In this document: positions 58,044 to 61,650 of the stretch, in pieces
Layout: every line of letters starts with the position of its first letter
Numbering within the stretch: the stretch's first letter is position 1
Program-made: the position numbers and the translations under genes
Virus record (IMG/VR): IMGVR_UViG_3300032324_000012
Location: 1 to 61,650 of that record
Strand: one strand, 5' to 3'
Source: a virus
Taxonomy: Duplodnaviria > Caudoviricetes
Length of the DNA stretch: 61,650 nucleotides
Notes under the pieces: generated by a model
The model's database searches: none
Told to the model about the DNA's origin: nothing
The model's input: the letters and a program-made list of their open reading frames with translations, nothing else

Positions 58044-59911
58044 GGAGTACCCCTGCGGCCATCTTGTTTAATGTCAATACGGGGACTACCAAGTTGCCAT
58101 GCACAGCCCAGTTGATTGGACTCAACCTGCATGATCATCTGACGGCCACGAACACGAACAAACACTTGACCTGTAAACTGCTCAATCACTGCGGTTGAAG
58201 TACGCGTCACTGTTGCATCTGAGTTACCGCCTACGGAGATGGGGTTGTTGTACCCCGAGCCAGAGTTCTGCATCGGAATAAGTGTCATGGTTACCTGTGG
58301 TGACGCAGTGTCTGAACCACGGAACGTGATGTCTGGGAGCATGCGGTAAACAAAACCGAAGTGGCTACCATCGTCAATATCAAACTCAGCGGAACCAATG
58401 ATTGCGTTAATTGCAACGGGGGTGCCGGTCTCGTTGTTGTCGTTACCCTGCTCGTGGTTTACTAGGTTGTTATTGTAAGTAGCGGCAAGCGGGTAGTCAC
58501 GCAGGCCAGAGTCAAGCCATGCTGTTCGTGCCAATGTGCCGTAAGACCACACACCTTCGCCGTTGTTTTCAAAGTAGTCAAAAATTACGTAACGGTCAAT
58601 CGTATCGCTATTAGCAGAGCAATAGAACCACCAGACTTCATTGAAGCCTTCGTTAGTGCCACAAAAAATCTGGGCCGCTTGACCTAAGTTAATGTCCTGA
58701 AAGATGTGTTGGCGCAAGTCACAACGAAGCGTTTGAACACGTCCATCGTATTTATAGAACTTGTCCACGCCCATCCAATAGATAACGCCAGAGGCAATCG
58801 TTGCCGCGTTCGAACTTGTGATTGAAATGTTGTCGCCAAGAATCTGGCTGCCCCACACAATTGGTGGGCCTTGGTATTGCAATGAATACACAGTCGAATC
58901 GGTGAACACCACAATCTCTTGGCGAGTCTGCACTGCGGTGACAATCTCAGAACCATGCGAAAGTTGCAGGCTACCGGCCTGTGACGTAGCGGACACAGTC
59001 CAATCGACAACGGATTCCTGATCAGACCAGCGGATAAGCATCGGGTTCTGCACTGCTGAACCATAGTCGTTACAGCCAAATGCAAATACAAATCGGCTTG
59101 TATCAGACACAAATATAAACTTCTGCACTGTGGGCACATCCGACGCGCCCGCTTTACTGGATACAAGAACTCCGCGAGCATCAACGCCAAGGGTTGCATC
59201 CCAATAATAAATCTCACCGCCTTGGGGTGCAAAGATCAAGTCTTCACCAAAGTTGGTTTGGCTCCAGATACGAATACTTGTTTCTGATACTGAGGGGATA
59301 CCAATACTCCATGGGCCAGTTCCCCATGTACCTGCACCCCAGCCGGTGAGCGGAATCTCAATTGCAGGGCCCACGCTAACTTGATACGTCGCAACTACTG
59401 ACGCGCCACCATAAGAACCCGCAGCCAACGCCGAAGGAGTTGTGATTGTGTATGTGTTACCTGTTAGCACAGTAACCTGAAACTCGGCATTGAGAATAGA
59501 CGCGTAGGTGCCTGTAGCCCCACTGAACGTCACAAAGTCCCCCGTACCACACCCGTGCGTTGCATCAGTTACTGTGACAGTTGTAGTGCCGTTGGCGCTG
59601 AATGGGTTTGAGCCAAGGCTTGCCGTGTCTCGAATCGGCGTGATGTCGTTGTACACCCCACCTTTTTCAATGTAAAACTTCAGGTTAGTGCCTACACCAA
59701 TCAGGTTGTAGTTTTCAAGCGTAACCCAGTTCCACAAAGAACGGCAAACACCCAAGAATGTAGATGCTGAAATACGCACCCATCCACCGATCTTTTCAGG
59801 TGTTCCTTGGCGGAACCGAACCTTGTCGGCAATGTACCAACCGTTCTCGGCTGTATAGCGGGTGTTTTCTTTATTTACACCAGCTTTCAGGGTCAGTTTT
59901 TTGAGCGCCAT
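58040..59911 (-). CDS. Putative tail nozzle / DNA-stabilisation protein (P22 gp10-like)
   Basis: 623 aa, beta-propeller-like (IRWSDQE, YWMG, EVWWFY), upstream of the ejection proteins. Confidence 0.6.
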   Translation of the reverse strand: MALKKLTLKAGVNKENTRYTAENGWYIADKVRFRQGTPEKIGGWVRISASTFLGVCRSLWNWVTLENYNLIGVGTNLKFYIEKGGVYNDITPIRDTASLGSNPFSANGTTTVTVTDATHGCGTGDFVTFSGATGTYASILNAEFQVTVLTGNTYTITTPSALAAGSYGGASVVATYQVSVGPAIEIPLTGWGAGTWGTGPWSIGIPSVSETSIRIWSQTNFGEDLIFAPQGGEIYYWDATLGVDARGVLVSSKAGASDVPTVQKFIFVSDTSRFVFAFGCNDYGSAVQNPMLIRWSDQESVVDWTVSATSQAGSLQLSHGSEIVTAVQTRQEIVVFTDSTVYSLQYQGPPIVWGSQILGDNISITSSNAATIASGVIYWMGVDKFYKYDGRVQTLRCDLRQHIFQDINLGQAAQIFCGTNEGFNEVWWFYCSANSDTIDRYVIFDYFENNGEGVWSYGTLARTAWLDSGLRDYPLAATYNNNLVNHEQGNDNNETGTPVAINAIIGSAEFDIDDGSHFGFVYRMLPDITFRGSDTASPQVTMTLIPMQNSGSGYNNPISVGGNSDATVTRTSTAVIEQFTGQVFVRVRGRQMIMQVESNQLGCAWQLGSPRIDIKQDGRRGTP

Positions 59912-59920
59912 TAGTCACCT

Positions 59921-60358
59921 TTATTTGCTGGCAACGCCTTTGGTCTTCTCAAAAGAACGCATACCGGCAATGCCCAAGATGCCTGATAATATCACCCAAA
60001 GTTGGTCTGCGTCCAGTACTGGCGGGGGCTCCATACCTACTGGAACCCAACCCATAGCCTGTAAGTATTTCCAAGCCCACTGAAACAACGGATAGAGCAA
60101 GAACTGATACCCCATAGCGGCTACGCCAATCCAACCGATAGCGGGACGCCAGCCACTAACAAACACACTAGAAGATGCCGCTTCAATTTTATTAACGTCA
60201 ATCTGCGCAAGGTCTGTGGCTTGGTCGATGCGCTTTTCTTCAAGATCAAGCTTTCGTTGCTCGATCTCCATTTCCATGCGCTCTTTGTCGGTAGTGACCA
60301 GATCACCCGCAACCTTACCTACAGCTTCAATAATTGATCCAACGGCAAGCAAGCTCAT
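59921..60358 (-). CDS. Holin (GTA 3TM-type)
   Basis: EA.S.SVFVSGWRPAIGW...LGIAGMRSFEK; adjacent to the endolysin. Confidence 0.8.
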   Translation of the reverse strand: MSLLAVGSIIEAVGKVAGDLVTTDKERMEMEIEQRKLDLEEKRIDQATDLAQIDVNKIEAASSSVFVSGWRPAIGWIGVAAMGYQFLLYPLFQWAWKYLQAMGWVPVGMEPPPVLDADQLWVILSGILGIAGMRSFEKTKGVASK

Positions 60359-60870
60359 TTCAAACCTTTCAGTGTGCGGTTTAGCCAGCCCTTGAGGAAC
60401 TTAACCTGCACGGGGTTTTTGTTGCAAATTTCAACGTATCGGGCAATCTTAGCCAAGGCATACTGCTCCTTGAACCGCTGGCCGTCGGGTATCTGATTAA
60501 GTTTTTCAATAGTCTTGGCACCGATACCGCCGTCAGGGGTGGCTCCAACGACCAATTGAGCAAGCTTTACAGCCATGCCCATACCGGCGTTCACACCAAA
60601 GTTGAAGATAGTATTGGCTACATCTTGGTTTGCAATCTCGTTACCGCGCATCTTGTCCCAGAACTCCACGCGGTAGAACTCACGCACCATGGGGGTTAAG
60701 GAGCCGCCCATTTCTTTCTTGTCCACAAGCGCCCAACCGGGCCACTGAGGATTCTTGTTACGGGCAATACCAGCGTAGGTCATGCCACCCGTGTCGCCGG
60801 GTACTTCGTGGAGGACGTAGCCGCCCTCGTCTTGCATCATGAGTTCAAAGGCTGGTTCAAACTGCGCCAT
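60355..60870 (-). CDS. Endolysin, glycosyl hydrolase family 108 with PG-binding domain
   Basis: EGGY...D.GG.T.AGI; F.FGVNAG; DGGIG.KT; FLKGWLNR. Confidence 0.9.
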   Translation of the reverse strand: MAQFEPAFELMMQDEGGYVLHEVPGDTGGMTYAGIARNKNPQWPGWALVDKKEMGGSLTPMVREFYRVEFWDKMRGNEIANQDVANTIFNFGVNAGMGMAVKLAQLVVGATPDGGIGAKTIEKLNQIPDGQRFKEQYALAKIARYVEICNKNPVQVKFLKGWLNRTLKGLK

Positions 60871-61136
60871 TATTTATCCTTTGGTTTAGTGTCTTCATTT
60901 TGCATGAGTTTGATACCAGACAGGAACCCAATCATGCCGCCGATAAGAGTAGAAAAAGCGGGTGAAATCATTTTGAAAATCTCGGCGTTGTCCACTTCCT
61001 TGGCCCACAGACCCAACATAAAGGCAACTACCATGGCCAATACGGAGATACATAGGGTCGTGCTTACCATCAGAGTGACGTATAGCGTCAGTTTTTCTTT
61101 CGTGTCCGGCACGTGTTGTGGTGGTTTTTTGGTCAT
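60870..61136 (-). CDS. Two-TM membrane protein (lysis module)
   Basis: Two hydrophobic segments; ISPAFSTLIGGMIGFLSGIK. Confidence 0.7.
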   Translation of the reverse strand: MTKKPPQHVPDTKEKLTLYVTLMVSTTLCISVLAMVVAFMLGLWAKEVDNAEIFKMISPAFSTLIGGMIGFLSGIKLMQNEDTKPKDK

Positions 61137-61372
61137 ACGTATTTGTCAAAATGTTTTGTGTTGTTAAAGATTTCCAACTCAATCGTGTTTTGTCTTGCCC
61201 GTTTGTTGTACAACTCAATCTCAAGTGCATCAACTGCTTTGTTTACCTTTTCGGCTTTTACAGCCTGTTTGTACTCAGCCTCCAACCGTTCCGCTCTACG
61301 TTCCGAAGCTATTGCTCGGACATCGTATGGGGTAGGAAACACAAACGGATACCATTTGCGAAGCTGAATCAT
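61133..61372 (-). CDS. Hypothetical protein
   Basis: 79 aa, ATGA-coupled on both sides. Confidence 0.6.
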   Translation of the reverse strand: MIQLRKWYPFVFPTPYDVRAIASERRAERLEAEYKQAVKAEKVNKAVDALEIELYNKRARQNTIELEIFNNTKHFDKYV

Positions 61373-61650
61373 TTCTTTTCACGTTTAATCGCTTCTTCAT
61401 AGCCACGCAAAATTAAAGATCGGGCTTCTGCCGAGTCTGCTGTACCCGCCCACATAGGCAGGTTGTTCCAAATCACCACATAATCTTCGGATTTGCAGTA
61501 GGGCGCATTGTTCTTTAGCCAAGCAATCATTTGCTGATGGCGCTCGGATGGGTTGTGAATTGTGTAGCCGATCCCATAGAACTCGCGTACGTGACAGCCG
61601 TTCTTGGCTACGGCTCCAACTAGCCCCAACAGTAGTAACAGCAAGAACCA
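61369..61650 (-). CDS. Exported protein spanning the circular junction (true start at 129)
   Basis: Through the overlap it reads MRWFLLLLLLGLVGAVAKNGCHVREF...; signal-peptide-like N-terminus. Confidence 0.65.
   Translation of the reverse strand, partial: WFLLLLLLGLVGAVAKNGCHVREFYGIGYTIHNPSERHQQMIAWLKNNAPYCKSEDYVVIWNNLPMWAGTADSAEARSLILRGYEEAIKREKK
61528..61650. repeat. Terminal direct repeat (circular assembly overlap), copy 2
   Basis: Identical to 1-123; a minus-strand ORF reads straight through the junction. Confidence 0.97.

Overview
The window is an apparently complete, circularly assembled tailed dsDNA phage genome: bases 1-123 are repeated exactly at 61528-61650, giving a 61,527-bp unit. 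It is podovirus-like, with no tape measure or sheath gene recognised. The minus-strand late arm (22860 down to 130, continuing through the junction and from ~61650 down to 43387) encodes terminase, portal, GroES-like co-chaperonin, scaffold, major capsid, small basic proteins, adaptors, four Gly-rich adhesin-like paralogs, a GH108 endolysin, a holin and large internal virion proteins. The plus-strand early/middle arm (23355-43303) encodes an AAA ATPase, a metallopeptidase-VWA protein, VRR-NUC, a family A DNA polymerase, a PD-(D/E)XK exonuclease, a 2OG-Fe(II) oxygenase, an SNF2 helicase and a primase-helicase. No integrase, repressor, RNA polymerase, tRNA or CRISPR array was recognised. The most striking signals are non-coding. 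(i) A candidate ~75-nt sRNA (~43313-43388) has a 17-nt core exactly antisense to a GGAGAACGAA/AACGAAGGA element at the start of at least 7 early/middle genes. (ii) A 17-bp palindrome GTTAGGC-N3-GCCTAAC occurs 8 times in the early region, twice within an identical promoter-hairpin-19 nt-hairpin leader. (iii) An iteron/IHF-containing origin-like region lies at 24070-24530. (iv) Several further structured-RNA candidates are present. All calls come from reading motifs by eye; no database search or folding computation was run.
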